Of a stretch of DNA of 64,000 bases, positions 20,273-29,916 are shown piece after piece. Source of the stretch: a virus; the IMG/VR virus record IMGVR_UViG_3300044811_000010, positions 16,255 through 80,254 of that record; one strand, written 5' to 3'. A model generated the notes under the pieces. That model was not told the origin of the DNA. It searched no databases and was given only the letters and a program-made list of their open reading frames with translations. Position 1 is the stretch's first letter. Each line of letters starts with the position of its first letter. The position numbers and the translations under genes were made by a program.

Positions 20273-21397
20273 GTGGCTGTCTGGTCCTTCCAACTGACGG
20301 ACCTGAACTTCCTGCCACTCGGGGAAGTTCTCAACGCACCGACGCGTAGCGTGGTGCTGCCGCTGAACAAGGTACCGACGGCGAGCCTCGTCGTTCGACT
20401 CGATAACCCCCTCGCCCCGATCATGGCGAGTGGCCTCGGCTACATCAAGGCGTACCGCAACGCGGCCTTGCAGTTCTTCGGACCCATCGTCACCGCTGAG
20501 ATCGACGCAACCCGCGAGGACGCCACTCTCGCCGTCAACGCCGCCGGGGTCGCTTGGAACCTCGCGCACCGGCTGGCCGGCAAGACCGTCGCCGGAATCT
20601 CGTTCGCCTCGGCCGACCGGGCCGTGATCAGCAAGAGCCTGATCGACACAGCGAACGGTGAAGACGAGACGCACATCGACACGTCGCTGGTGTCTCCCGC
20701 GTACCAGTCGTCCAACGGAACCTCGATCTCCGCCAACTCCGCGACCGCGTACGCGGCGAGCCCCTTCAAGCCCATCTCCGAGTGCCTGCTCGACCTCGCA
20801 GGGACGCTTGACGGCTTCGACTGGCGCGTGACCCCGCTAGAGAACTACGTCAACAACGCCGTCATCTCTCAGAAGATCGGGCGCTTCGAGGCGTACCCGG
20901 TCATGGGCATCGCTCAGCCTGAAGCGGTCTTCGAGTGGGGCACCGGCCGCAACAACGTCGTTTCGTTCAAGCGCACGCTGTCGCGCGACACGCAGGCCAA
21001 CAAGGTCTACAACTACACCAGCGCTGGGCCGGACGCTCCCGGCGCGCCCACCGTCGTCCAGACCGACGCGACCAGCATCACGACGTGGGACTTGATGGAG
21101 GCTCTAGCTCAGGCCGACATCCTCGATAACACGCTGCGCCAGCGCCTCGTAGACGAGCACGTCCGAGTGCGCAAGGGGCCTCGCCAGGTAGTCGAGTTCC
21201 AGCCTCACTTGGACGACGGGCGAGGCAGGGTGCCTCAGTATGGCACCGACTTCCTCGTCGGCGACAGCCTGCGGGGCCGCATCTGCTACAACGGCTCGAT
21301 GATCCTCGACGCCGCTGTGCGCTGCTGGGGCGCCCAGTTCGACATCAGCTCCGAGAATCAGGAGTCGATCACACTCACACTGTCGGATGACACCTGA
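20273..21397 (+). CDS. minor tail (baseplate hub-like) protein
   Basis: Position; G.DW.V.P, FEWG...NV, D..VGD motifs. Confidence 0.75.
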   Translation: MAVWSFQLTDLNFLPLGEVLNAPTRSVVLPLNKVPTASLVVRLDNPLAPIMASGLGYIKAYRNAALQFFGPIVTAEIDATREDATLAVNAAGVAWNLAHRLAGKTVAGISFASADRAVISKSLIDTANGEDETHIDTSLVSPAYQSSNGTSISANSATAYAASPFKPISECLLDLAGTLDGFDWRVTPLENYVNNAVISQKIGRFEAYPVMGIAQPEAVFEWGTGRNNVVSFKRTLSRDTQANKVYNYTSAGPDAPGAPTVVQTDATSITTWDLMEALAQADILDNTLRQRLVDEHVRVRKGPRQVVEFQPHLDDGRGRVPQYGTDFLVGDSLRGRICYNGSMILDAAVRCWGAQFDISSENQESITLTLSDDT

Positions 21398-21627
21398 TGC
21401 CGACGCTGCTGGAACCCCGCGCCATCGACTCGGACGCCCGGCTGGCCCAGAAGATCGCTGCCTTGGAGCAGCGAATCAACGACTTGGAGCGAACACAGGC
21501 CAGCATCCCCGTCGTCGGCGGTGCCCCGACTTCAGTGTCGGGCGACGGTCAGATGGCCGGCGATTCCGTCAACACCCGTCTGTGGCTCCGCGTCAGTGGC
21601 ACATGGCGCTACGTGACGCTAACCTAG
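21397..21627 (+). CDS. small coiled-coil tail protein
   Basis: LAQKIAALEQRINDLER coiled coil; coupled to upstream gene. Confidence 0.65.
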   Translation: MPTLLEPRAIDSDARLAQKIAALEQRINDLERTQASIPVVGGAPTSVSGDGQMAGDSVNTRLWLRVSGTWRYVTLT

Positions 21628-21643
21628 CTGGTACACTAGAGCC

Positions 21644-22162
21644 ATGGCTCGCAGCCGCCTGAGCATCCTCTACCCGGCCTACCACACCGTCACCTTCGAC
21701 GGCGTGCCGATGTTCCGCGCGCAGGCGTGGGCGCTGCTGGACGCTCGTCGCTCAGGGGTTCGCTTCTCAGTGGCCTCGGCCGACAGGCGACAGGGCGTGG
21801 CCGAGAAGTACGGCCACCAGTCGCAGTTCGCGCTGTATCAGGGATGGCTTCGCCGCCTTCCCGGCTACTACCCGGCAAACCCGCCCGGCTACAGCTCCCA
21901 CGAGCTGCGCTCGGATGGAAGCGCCGTCTACCGAGTCCGGCGCGGAGCTGCGATTCCGAAGTTCATGCTGGGAATCGACGCCAACGACGCTGGGGCCTCG
22001 AACTCCTGCGAACATCTGGTCCGGTGGCTCAACGCTCACGGCTACCACGCAGTCCGACCCTACAGCGCAGGCTCGGAAGCTCACCACTTCAGCTTCACCA
22101 AGTCTCCCGCGTATAACGCGCGACGCCGCATCGCGGCGCAGAACCGAAAGGCACGACGATGA
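21644..22162 (+). CDS. endolysin, M15-like Zn peptidase
   Basis: PANPPGYSSHE...GID...EAHH (SxH...D...ExxH). Confidence 0.75.
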   Translation: MARSRLSILYPAYHTVTFDGVPMFRAQAWALLDARRSGVRFSVASADRRQGVAEKYGHQSQFALYQGWLRRLPGYYPANPPGYSSHELRSDGSAVYRVRRGAAIPKFMLGIDANDAGASNSCEHLVRWLNAHGYHAVRPYSAGSEAHHFSFTKSPAYNARRRIAAQNRKARR

Positions 22163-22689
22163 GCCTCGCATCAGACCTCAGGCTGGCTGCACGCGCTAAG
22201 CTGCACGGCGCAAACTACGCGCTCCGCATCATTCGCGAATCACGCGGCCACGGCATTCCGATCAGCGCGGGCTTCGCGTTGGTTCAGAAGGAGACGTATT
22301 TCCGCAACATCTTCGGCCACGACGGCACCACGTCGATCCCGAACTCGTGGAAGGGCGGCGCAGTCACCAAGAGCCGCTACGCCTACTACAAGGCGCGCCG
22401 TCCCACGCACGGCATGCAGGGCGTCGGGCCGACGCAGTTGACGTGGTACAGCTTCCAGGATGAGGCCGACAAGCTTGGCGGCTGCTGGCGCCCCGGCATC
22501 AACATCCACGTCGGACTGCGCAACTTCTCCGCGTCCTTCAAGACCTACGTCGCACGAGGACAGACCCGCCGCACGGCGCTGCAGTCGGCAGCTCACGACT
22601 ACAACGGCACGGGCGCGGCGGCTGACGCTTACGGCCGCGACTTCCTTGTCCAGATGGACAAGTGGCACAACATCCTGAACACCAAGTAG
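22159..22689 (+). CDS. endolysin, lysozyme/SLT-like transglycosylase
   Basis: ALVQKET, GPTQLT, NI.VG, YNG motifs. Confidence 0.75.
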   Translation: MSLASDLRLAARAKLHGANYALRIIRESRGHGIPISAGFALVQKETYFRNIFGHDGTTSIPNSWKGGAVTKSRYAYYKARRPTHGMQGVGPTQLTWYSFQDEADKLGGCWRPGINIHVGLRNFSASFKTYVARGQTRRTALQSAAHDYNGTGAAADAYGRDFLVQMDKWHNILNTK

Positions 22690-22700
22690 AGGAGATCCTC

Positions 22701-23012
22701 ATGGCAACGACCCCCACACCTACGCAGGACGCAACCGAGGTAGCCGGCATCCTCACGCAAGACGCCAAGCTCGGCACGCCTGTCGTCAACACGTTTCTCC
22801 ATGACGCTCCTGTCGTCATCGCAGACGTGAAGGCGGGCTACAAGACGACCGAGTTCTGGATCGCCGGCATCGGCATCCTGCTCACGCAGCTCGGGGCTCT
22901 CCATCTGCCCGGCAAGTACGGGGACACGATCACCACGGCCGCGCTCGCGCTGTCGTACATCCTGTCTCGCGGCTTCGCCAAGGCAGGTGCTTCCAAGGGA
23001 GTCGTGGCCTAG
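22701..23012 (+). CDS. holin
   Basis: KAGYKTTEFW followed by two TM helices and YILSRG; GAGGAG RBS; after the endolysins. Confidence 0.8.
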   Translation: MATTPTPTQDATEVAGILTQDAKLGTPVVNTFLHDAPVVIADVKAGYKTTEFWIAGIGILLTQLGALHLPGKYGDTITTAALALSYILSRGFAKAGASKGVVA

Positions 23013-23061
23013 GGCAGCCGCCACGCTCCCTCGTCCGAGGGGGTGGTCCTAAATCTCGCTC

Positions 23062-23083
23062 AGAGCCCGCTTCGGCGGGCTCT
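23062..23083 (+). terminator. hairpin terminator ending the lysis operon
   Basis: AGAGCCCGC-TTCG-GCGGGCTCT. Confidence 0.75.
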
Positions 23084-23134
23084 CTGCGTGCTGGTGGGCT
23101 TGCGTCCCTAGGGTTGCTGTGGTAGCCTCGCGGG

Positions 23135-23329
23135 GTGAGCCATTCTGGAACCAAGAACAGGCACCAGCGCATCACCGCGCGAATGGGCCGTAAGAAGTTC
23201 CGGGCCGCCGAGAAGCGAGTGCTGCATGGCGATAACATCCGCACGAGCAGATACTCGCACCGATGGGGCGGAATGGGCGCGATGAAGCAGGACGACATCC
23301 CGATTGACCCTAAGGAGGAAACACCATGA
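23135..23329 (+). CDS. small basic protein
   Basis: Leaderless GTG after TTGCGT-17-TAGCCT. Confidence 0.55.
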   Translation: MSHSGTKNRHQRITARMGRKKFRAAEKRVLHGDNIRTSRYSHRWGGMGAMKQDDIPIDPKEETP

Positions 23330-23466
23330 AGATCCGTCGCCAGCGCAACGCCAACAAGCGCCTCGCCGTCCGTCAAGCGGGCCACGACACCCGCAAGAGC
23401 GCGGGCTCGGTCAACCCCAAGGCGTTCACGCGGCCGGGCTCTCAGAACCCGCACAAGCAGGGATGA
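23326..23466 (+). CDS. small basic protein (46 aa)
   Basis: AAGGAGG RBS; MKIRRQRNANKRLAVRQAG... Confidence 0.6.
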   Translation: MKIRRQRNANKRLAVRQAGHDTRKSAGSVNPKAFTRPGSQNPHKQG

Positions 23467-23846
23467 TGCACCACGTTCTCGTCACGGGCGACCGAAACTG
23501 GACCGACGCTTGGGCCGTCAGCACCCAGATTCTGCGCCTCGTGGACACCCACGGCGCTCGAAACGTCCTCTTGATCGCCGGCGGCTGCCGAGGACTGGAC
23601 CTCATGGCCGAGAAGATCGCCAAGGACCACGGAATCCATGTGGCGCGCATCGACGCGCTCTGGGACTCCTACCACCGGGGCGCGGGGCCAATCCGCAACG
23701 GCGTCATGCTGACGCTTCACCCGAACGAGGTTCTCGCCTTCCATAACGACATCGAGAACAGCTCAGGCACCGCCAACTGCATCAAGCAGGCTCGGGAACT
23801 TGGGGCTGATATCACGATGATCACTTCAGAGACGCGGCCCGGATGA
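23463..23846 (+). CDS. SLOG-superfamily (DUF2493/YspA-like) protein
   Basis: VLVTGDRNW, GGCRGLD, W..Y..GAGPIRN..ML, SGT motifs. Confidence 0.8.
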   Translation: MMHHVLVTGDRNWTDAWAVSTQILRLVDTHGARNVLLIAGGCRGLDLMAEKIAKDHGIHVARIDALWDSYHRGAGPIRNGVMLTLHPNEVLAFHNDIENSSGTANCIKQARELGADITMITSETRPG

Positions 23847-24338
23847 CCGGCTACCGGACGTGCGAGCGTTGCCCTCTGCCGCTGACGTGGTGGGAGCGGC
23901 TCCGCAACCTCACGCTCTGCGCCGACTGTCGACGCTGGGGTCGCTGATGCAGGGTCCGCATTTCATCCACCTGACGAACGCCTATGTCGAAGCTCTAGGC
24001 TTGGAGAAGTTCGTCTACCAGCACTCTGGGCGCTACAGTTGTGTCTTCATCACCGAGGACTCGGTGTTACCTTTCGAAGCTCGTGGGTTCGATCTGGCCG
24101 TCGCCTACAACCACTGTCTGTACCTGCGGGCTTCTGACGGGCTCTCATGGGACCTCAAGCGATGATCACTGACACGACCCGCGTCGTGGCCGAGATGATG
24201 GACGGCGTCAACAAGATGACCGGCGCCCCTCCCGACGCAATCATCGACATCGCCCGGCACGCGACTAAGCGCGCTGGTCTGGATGACGATACTGTGGACG
24301 AGGCGCTCCGCTACCTGCGCGAGCAGGATCGGCTGTGA
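23843..24338 (+). CDS. three small coupled ORFs (23843-23947 CxxC protein; 23947-24165; 24162-24338)
   Basis: ATGA/TGATG overlaps. Confidence 0.5.
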
Positions 24339-24589
24339 GCCACCCCTCGAAGACCATTCGAGGAAAGCGCCGCAAGCTGGTCCGGCTGCTCGTGCGCGAC
24401 GGCTTCAACTGCCACATCTGCAAGGAACCCCTGAACCTCCGGGCCGAGAACAACGCTCCTGACCAGCCCTCCATTGACCACGTTCTGCCCCGAAGCGAGG
24501 GCGGAGGCCACGAGCTGTCGAACCTGAGGCTGGCTCATCGCGAGTGCAACTCGCGGCGAGGTAGTGCGCCAATCGAACCTGTACTATAG
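24335..24589 (+). CDS. HNH endonuclease (terminase-associated type)
   Basis: RDG..CHIC, IDHVLPRSEGG, NLRLAHRECN. Confidence 0.9.
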   Translation: MSHPSKTIRGKRRKLVRLLVRDGFNCHICKEPLNLRAENNAPDQPSIDHVLPRSEGGGHELSNLRLAHRECNSRRGSAPIEPVL

Positions 24590-24593
24590 GTCC

Positions 24594-24731
24594 GTGATCA
24601 TTGCAGCCCTCCTTGCCGTCGTAATCGCCGCCCTCGTCTACTGGGTGGCTGTCCGCCTTGGGCTCCCGCAGCTCATCGCCATCATCGCTGCGATCCTAGT
24701 GATCCTAGGGATTCTTGGGCCGTACACCTAA
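24594..24731 (+). CDS. small 2-TM membrane protein (45 aa)
   Basis: Read by hand; leaderless GTG 6 nt after TACTAT. Confidence 0.55.
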   Translation: MIIAALLAVVIAALVYWVAVRLGLPQLIAIIAAILVILGILGPYT

Positions 24732-26278
24732 CGCAGCCACACGTCGGGAGACGTGAGCAGCTCGGAGATAGTCGGCGGCGTCCGGAAGTCGGTCAGCCCG
24801 ATGGCGTCAGCCGCCTCCTCGTCGGTCAGCCCAGCATCCTCTTCAACCCCGTAGTAGTCCTCGTCGGGGTCGTCCGGGTCGTGGATGTCCCAAGGGTCGC
24901 TGTCGTCGGACTGGCCGCCCTCTCCAGGATCCGTGCTCAGAACCTGAACGTCAGGGACGCCCTCGTTGACGAGGCCCCAATGCTGCAGCATCTTCGCGGA
25001 GACAACGTCGTCGTGCTCCCCTTCGGGAGCCGAGTACGTCATCTTCCCGGCAGGGCTCATCGTCATCGTGTAGTTCTCGAACTCGTCCCGGCCGCTCGGA
25101 ACGAGGAACGCGCGGTTCTCTTCCAAGTCCTTCGCAAGCAGCCGGACCATGTTGGTCTTGTGCGTCGTGAAGTTGATCGGGACCACGTCGTAGCCCTCGA
25201 CCTCCATGTCCTCCACGATGGGGTCGCCGACGCCGGTCGAGTCCATTACGAGCATGACGTTCTCGGCGCCCGCCTTCATCAGCGTCCTGACGGCCCTTCG
25301 GATGCGGCGCTTCTGCTCGGGCCAAGTGATCGCCTGCATGCGTTCGAAGTAGACGTTGCGCCGGTCGCGAGCGCGGGCTCCGTAGAGGACTGTCCAGTCG
25401 TTCGTGCGCGCGAGGTCGATCCCGAGTACGACGTAGCCTGCCGGCAGGATGACCTTGCCGCTGTCGGGGTCGGCGAGCAGGCCATCAGAGCGGACGATAA
25501 CGTCCTGCTCGGCCCGGTTGCCAATGAGGAAGGTGCTCGATCCGGCCGCGAGGAACTTCGCCAATACCTCCTGCTCGAACTCCAAGCGCGGCATGGCGCC
25601 GCGCATGCGCTCGACTTCGCCCTCGGGAAGCGTGGGGTTGTCAGCCGACGTGAACGTCCAGCTCTCCCAGTCCTCGCGGTCGGGGTCTTGGCCCATCCTC
25701 CACACCTGATAGAACCAGTTGCGCCCTCGGGGCGTGCTGATCATCAGCGCGCCACCGCGACGGTCCATAAGGGTCGGGGAGACGATCTGGTTCCAGATGC
25801 GGCCCGGCATGGTAGCGGCCTCGTCCAAGACGGCGAAGTCGACGCCTTCTCCCAGCATGCCCTCAGGGCGCTCAGCGGAGTAGAACTCCATCCGCGTGCC
25901 GTTCTTGAAGCGCAGGATGACGGAGCGTCCCGCGTCGAAGTTGGTTTCGGGCGGAGGATCGTGGACCAGCACGCCGTCGGGTAGCTGGCGCAGGACTTCA
26001 GCGTAGCCACGCTTGACGATCTTGTACGTCGGCGCGACCCACCACAGCATCTGCTTGGGCTTTCGAGCCTTCCCGACGATGATCTTGGCGGCGATCTTCG
26101 TCTTACCGAAGCGGCGGCCCGCGTTCATCACCTTGAATCGCGCGTTGGAGCGGACCACCGGGAGCTGGGCCGGGTGCGGGTAGACGACCTTGTCCTTGAG
26201 GCTGGCGATGAGCCTCCGGAACTGCTCAGGGTCGTTCTCCGCAAGCTCCTGCAGCCGGTCGAATGCCTTGTCGGCCAT
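24728..26278 (-). CDS. terL: terminase large subunit
   Basis: AGRRFGKT Walker A, VLDEAA Walker B, ISTPRG, GIDLA, HDD nuclease motifs. Confidence 0.95.
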   Translation of the reverse strand: MADKAFDRLQELAENDPEQFRRLIASLKDKVVYPHPAQLPVVRSNARFKVMNAGRRFGKTKIAAKIIVGKARKPKQMLWWVAPTYKIVKRGYAEVLRQLPDGVLVHDPPPETNFDAGRSVILRFKNGTRMEFYSAERPEGMLGEGVDFAVLDEAATMPGRIWNQIVSPTLMDRRGGALMISTPRGRNWFYQVWRMGQDPDREDWESWTFTSADNPTLPEGEVERMRGAMPRLEFEQEVLAKFLAAGSSTFLIGNRAEQDVIVRSDGLLADPDSGKVILPAGYVVLGIDLARTNDWTVLYGARARDRRNVYFERMQAITWPEQKRRIRRAVRTLMKAGAENVMLVMDSTGVGDPIVEDMEVEGYDVVPINFTTHKTNMVRLLAKDLEENRAFLVPSGRDEFENYTMTMSPAGKMTYSAPEGEHDDVVSAKMLQHWGLVNEGVPDVQVLSTDPGEGGQSDDSDPWDIHDPDDPDEDYYGVEEDAGLTDEEAADAIGLTDFRTPPTISELLTSPDVWLR

Positions 26279-26280
26279 GA

Positions 26281-26727
26281 CTACTCCGAGGCGGCTGCTG
26301 CGATGCCTTCAGGCACTTCGCCGCCCTCGAAGAGCTGCGCGAGCTTCTCAGCGAGGTCCGGATCGCGCTCCATCGCCTCGACCGCCTGCGTGATCGTCTC
26401 TTCGTCGGCCTTCTCGGTCTGGGCACGCAGCGCTCCACCGAGGAACTCCTTGCGGACGGCGAGAAGCTCGGTGATCGTCATTTCGCTGGCATGCTCAAGG
26501 CGCTCGGCGATGACGCCGTCGACCTTGCGGGTGACCTGAAGAACGCGGTCTTCGATGAGGCGCAGAGCGCGGCCCTTGACGCGGGGGTCCTTGCGCCACC
26601 GTGTGATGGTTGCGCTGTCCTTGACTCCGAACAGCTCGCACATGTCGGCGCGCGAGGCGCCGCTGGCGAACGCCTCGGCGACCTGCTGAGCGAAGTCGGG
26701 GTCTGCGAGAGGGTTTGGGCGAGCCAT
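26281..26727 (-). CDS. terS: terminase small subunit
   Basis: N-terminal HTH (ATITRWRKDP); immediately upstream of terL. Confidence 0.75.
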   Translation of the reverse strand: MARPNPLADPDFAQQVAEAFASGASRADMCELFGVKDSATITRWRKDPRVKGRALRLIEDRVLQVTRKVDGVIAERLEHASEMTITELLAVRKEFLGGALRAQTEKADEETITQAVEAMERDPDLAEKLAQLFEGGEVPEGIAAAASE

Positions 26728-26731
26728 GAGG

Positions 26732-26872
26732 CTATTCTACCCCGTTATTCGACACGGGCTTGTTGCCGGGATCGGCGCAATCATGGGGCGGAGAGTAGTC
26801 CCAGTGCCCCGGCTCGGGGTGCCCGAGATAGACACGCCCTCCGCACTTCGGGCACACCATGGCGATAGCCAC
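26732..26872 (-). CDS. small zinc-finger protein (46 aa)
   Basis: TAGTG-coupled; MAIAMVCPKCGG...HDC. Confidence 0.5.
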   Translation of the reverse strand: MAIAMVCPKCGGRVYLGHPEPGHWDYSPPHDCADPGNKPVSNNGVE

Positions 26873-27186
26873 TACTCGACCACCTGAATCGCCACTGTGC
26901 CGTCCGGCCACACCAGCCGGCAGCTAGAGATGTGGGAGTCCGATGCGACGCACAGCCGATCCGCGAGGTCGAGGCTGATCGTAGGCTTGGACTCGTCCGG
27001 GTTTAGCACGCGGTAGACCGTGCGCGTCGACACTCGCGCCTTGTGGGCAATCAGGGACACGCTCTCGCCAGCCTCGTCGCTACCGGGCCGGATGATCCGC
27101 TGCAGTATCGCCTGCACGTCCGCTGTCACCACTCGGGGCTCCGGCCCCTCGTGGCGTTCGATCTCGTTGTCCAGTAGTGTCGCCAT
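26872..27186 (-). CDS. HTH DNA-binding protein
   Basis: VSLIAHKARVSTRTVYRVL...ISLDLADRL. Confidence 0.8.
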   Translation of the reverse strand: MATLLDNEIERHEGPEPRVVTADVQAILQRIIRPGSDEAGESVSLIAHKARVSTRTVYRVLNPDESKPTISLDLADRLCVASDSHISSCRLVWPDGTVAIQVVE

Positions 27187-27357
27187 CTGTCTCCCTAGGT
27201 TCGGTCTGGACGTGTGACGGTCCAGGGAGACTTGTGTGCTGAACGCCGAAGAGGAACTTCTCGTACAACGCCTTGTCGGTGACCCTGAGAGTGAAGGTGA
27301 CTCCGACGCCGTCGACCTCCGATGAGACTACTTCGAATCCGGGCGGCAGGCTAACCA

Positions 27358-27918
27358 TCAGGATCGCCTAAGTCGGCCAAGGAGCGTCCGAGTGGAGCGC
27401 TTCTCGGCCCGTCGCGTCCGAAGCCACTCGTTGATGAGGTCCGCAGACCAGCCGCGCTGTAGCCAATGCTTGATCTGGCTTAGCTCCTCGGGAGTCAGGT
27501 GGTCCGTCTCGATGATCGTCGGCCTGTCGCGGTAGAGATCCAGCGAGCTGAAGGTCGCGGCGACGTGGGGGCTGTCCTTGTCCACGATCTCGATGCCGAG
27601 CGCGGTGGGGACGATGGAGGCAACTTCGGTGTGCCCCTCATCCAAGATCAGAGCGGTCTTGAACCCGCGTCCGTTGAGGTATCGCTCGATGTCGAGCAGG
27701 TGCTCCCGGTCGCGCGCCTCCATGACCAGTTTCATGTAGTGGCCGCCCTTGTACCACTGGTTGACGAGGCCCGTCTCGATCAGGTGCCCGAAGCCTTCCT
27801 CGCCGTGTCGGCAGGAGATTCGGTACGCCTCGACCGCCGCGTGGCTGGCCTGAGCGGCCGCCTTGCCGGTCGACATGCCGAGCCCCTTGTTGAGCACGAT
27901 GTACATTGCTGGCCTCAT
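27358..27918 (-). CDS. pth2: peptidyl-tRNA hydrolase type 2
   Basis: IVLNKGLGMSTGKAAAQASHA, KLVM, DEGHTEV...TALGI match the Pth2 signature. Confidence 0.88.
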   Translation of the reverse strand: MRPAMYIVLNKGLGMSTGKAAAQASHAAVEAYRISCRHGEEGFGHLIETGLVNQWYKGGHYMKLVMEARDREHLLDIERYLNGRGFKTALILDEGHTEVASIVPTALGIEIVDKDSPHVAATFSSLDLYRDRPTIIETDHLTPEELSQIKHWLQRGWSADLINEWLRTRRAEKRSTRTLLGRLRRS

Positions 27919-28315
27919 GGCCGCCTCGCCTCGCAGAACTGGGTCCAGTATTGGCCGACGCAGACGCCGAAGAAGAACACCCAGCCGCTGCCCCAATCGT
28001 ACGCCATCGCCAAGGTGGCTAGCGCTACAGAGATTGACAGCAAGGCCGCTGTTGCCCAGCGCTGAGTGCGTCGAGACATCAGTCGGGCCATCCTGGACCG
28101 CAGGTGACCCGCACGCGATGCGGGCACATTACATTCATGCAGGTCGTCCCCAGAGGGCACCCGCATTGAGGCATCAGCAGCCCGCCGGGGAGGGGCTCGT
28201 AGGGTCCTCGCTCAGCCTCACGAACGAACCTCTCCATAATCTCTGACAAGCTCTCTCCTTCGCAGGCGAGCCGCACGTCGTCAGCGAACTCCAAGAGTTC
28301 CTCAGGCGACAGCAC
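27915..28315 (-). CDS. two small ORFs (27915-28079 membrane; 28079-28315 Cys-rich)
   Basis: Coupled starts and stops. Confidence 0.5.
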
Positions 28316-28853
28316 TGGGCGCTCCCGGCAACGTCTTGAGGTCGATCCCGGCCTTGAGGCCGAGCAGCTCAGTCTGGGTGTAGAAGACGAAGTGCTGGAT
28401 CGCGTCGTTCTGGTGACGGTTCTCCTTGAGCGGCTTGTAGTACAGCTCTTCCGCGCCCGCCGCCTGCGCCGCCTTCTTGATGGCGGCCGGTTGAAGCACC
28501 AGCGGGATCTCGAAGTGGCGGCACAGGAACGTGATCGCCCCAATGACCCTAGCGGTCCTGCATTGATCCCACTTCAAGAACTTCAGCTTCTCGGGGTACA
28601 GCCGCCAGTCCTCGCAGACCACGCGTCCGATGGGGCCAGTGTTGTCCTCGGCCGTGACTCCGTCACGAGCGTAGGCGTCCCCGTTGAAGATCGAGGCGTG
28701 AGGGTCGCTAGGGTTGCTCAGCGCCTCCCACATCTCGTCAGCGGTGACCCACATCTTCTCTGTCCCGCCCGCAAGCAACCGCGTGTGGCGGCCGACAGCC
28801 CACCCGAAGTCCTCGCCGGGGTCGCAGTAGAGGGTGCGGAAGTCCTCAGACAC
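28302..28853 (-). CDS. RuvC-like Holliday junction resolvase
   Basis: DPG..GWA, VVCE, H.NDA..H acidic catalytic pattern. Confidence 0.75.
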   Translation of the reverse strand: MSEDFRTLYCDPGEDFGWAVGRHTRLLAGGTEKMWVTADEMWEALSNPSDPHASIFNGDAYARDGVTAEDNTGPIGRVVCEDWRLYPEKLKFLKWDQCRTARVIGAITFLCRHFEIPLVLQPAAIKKAAQAAGAEELYYKPLKENRHQNDAIQHFVFYTQTELLGLKAGIDLKTLPGAPSAVA

Positions 28854-29115
28854 TGGGAGCCTCTACGAAGCGGCGCCGAGTCGACAGCTTGATCGGCAGC
28901 GAGGCGCGGACTGAGGTCGTTGCGGCGTTGAAGGCAATCTGCCCGACGTAGTTAGCGAGGTCGCCCCGCTTGCCGAAGTCCTCGGCGGCCTCTACCATCA
29001 TGGCTTCGGGAACAGGCACGGCGATGAAGAGGTCGTTGTACCCATCGGCCCTGTTGTAGCCGGGCAACAGCCGCTTCAACGCCCTACGGCGCCACCAACG
29101 GCGCCACCAGCTCAT
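28846..29115 (-). CDS. hypothetical protein
   Basis: Coupled ORF. Confidence 0.5.
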   Translation of the reverse strand: MSWWRRWWRRRALKRLLPGYNRADGYNDLFIAVPVPEAMMVEAAEDFGKRGDLANYVGQIAFNAATTSVRASLPIKLSTRRRFVEAPSV

Positions 29116-29399
29116 GTCTGCACCGTGAGCGTGTCGCGCAGGTGAGCCGGAACGGCGATGACGACCGGAACGGCCTCAGGCTTTCCGTCCTTGCCTCGGA
29201 TGGTGTATTCGCCGTAGCCGACCTTGTGGCTCTCAGAGCGCAGCTTGCCGCCTAGGATCAGGAGCCGTGCCTCGCGCTTGGTGCGGGCATGGCCGCGCGA
29301 GACGATGAACTCGACCGGGTCGATGAATGCGGGAAGCTCGCGGCGAAGCAGCTTGCGCAGCTTCGCGATCTTCTTGGCCTGAACAGGTCGATGGCTCAT
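29112..29399 (-). CDS. S4-like RNA-binding domain protein
   Basis: IDPVEFIVSRGHARTKREARLLILGGKLR matches the S4 consensus LD..L...G.a.Sr..Ar.LI..G.V. Confidence 0.6.
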   Translation of the reverse strand: MSHRPVQAKKIAKLRKLLRRELPAFIDPVEFIVSRGHARTKREARLLILGGKLRSESHKVGYGEYTIRGKDGKPEAVPVVIAVPAHLRDTLTVQT

Positions 29400-29403
29400 T
29401 TCT

Positions 29404-29916
29404 CTAGATCACCGAGGTCTGGACGGGCTGGCCCGTGTCCTCGACACCGGCCTCAGGCGAGACGGGTCCGAGCGGGCCATCGCTGGGCTTCGGACGAGGA
29501 TCGACCAGCGGGCTCTCGGCGGCTGCCTTGATGGCGCCCGGCCGACGCGGCGCGTCAGGGTCGCCAGGAGCCTCCTTGGCGAAGATTTCCTCAGGCGTCG
29601 GGCCAGCGTCGCCGGTCGTGGGCGAAATGACGCGAACCTGCGGCCGAGCGTCTACGAGAACCTCAGGCACGGAGACGACCGTGTAGAGAGCCTGCAGCTT
29701 CCCCAGCGGCTCATCCAACGTCGAGCCGAAGTTGGACTCGGGCGTGATGATCACGCCAGCGCCGGCAGCCCCGGACCACTCGGATTGAGCACCAGCCCCA
29801 TGGTTGATCGGGGACGGGCCGACGACCTTGACCCGGTTGTACGGGAAGACCTCGTCAGTCTCGGAGTCATTGGGTCGCTGGTCGTTGAGTTCGAGGATGG
29901 TTCCGGGCGTGTACAT
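29404..29916 (-). CDS. hypothetical protein with Pro-rich tail
   Basis: AGGAGG RBS. Confidence 0.65.
   Translation of the reverse strand: MYTPGTILELNDQRPNDSETDEVFPYNRVKVVGPSPINHGAGAQSEWSGAAGAGVIITPESNFGSTLDEPLGKLQALYTVVSVPEVLVDARPQVRVISPTTGDAGPTPEEIFAKEAPGDPDAPRRPGAIKAAAESPLVDPRPKPSDGPLGPVSPEAGVEDTGQPVQTSVI

Noticed and set aside
26732-26872. Apparent pseudoknot / packaging-RNA-like structure upstream of terS
   Set aside because: The region reads as a coupled 46-aa CxxC ORF on -, and short GC stems are expected by chance.
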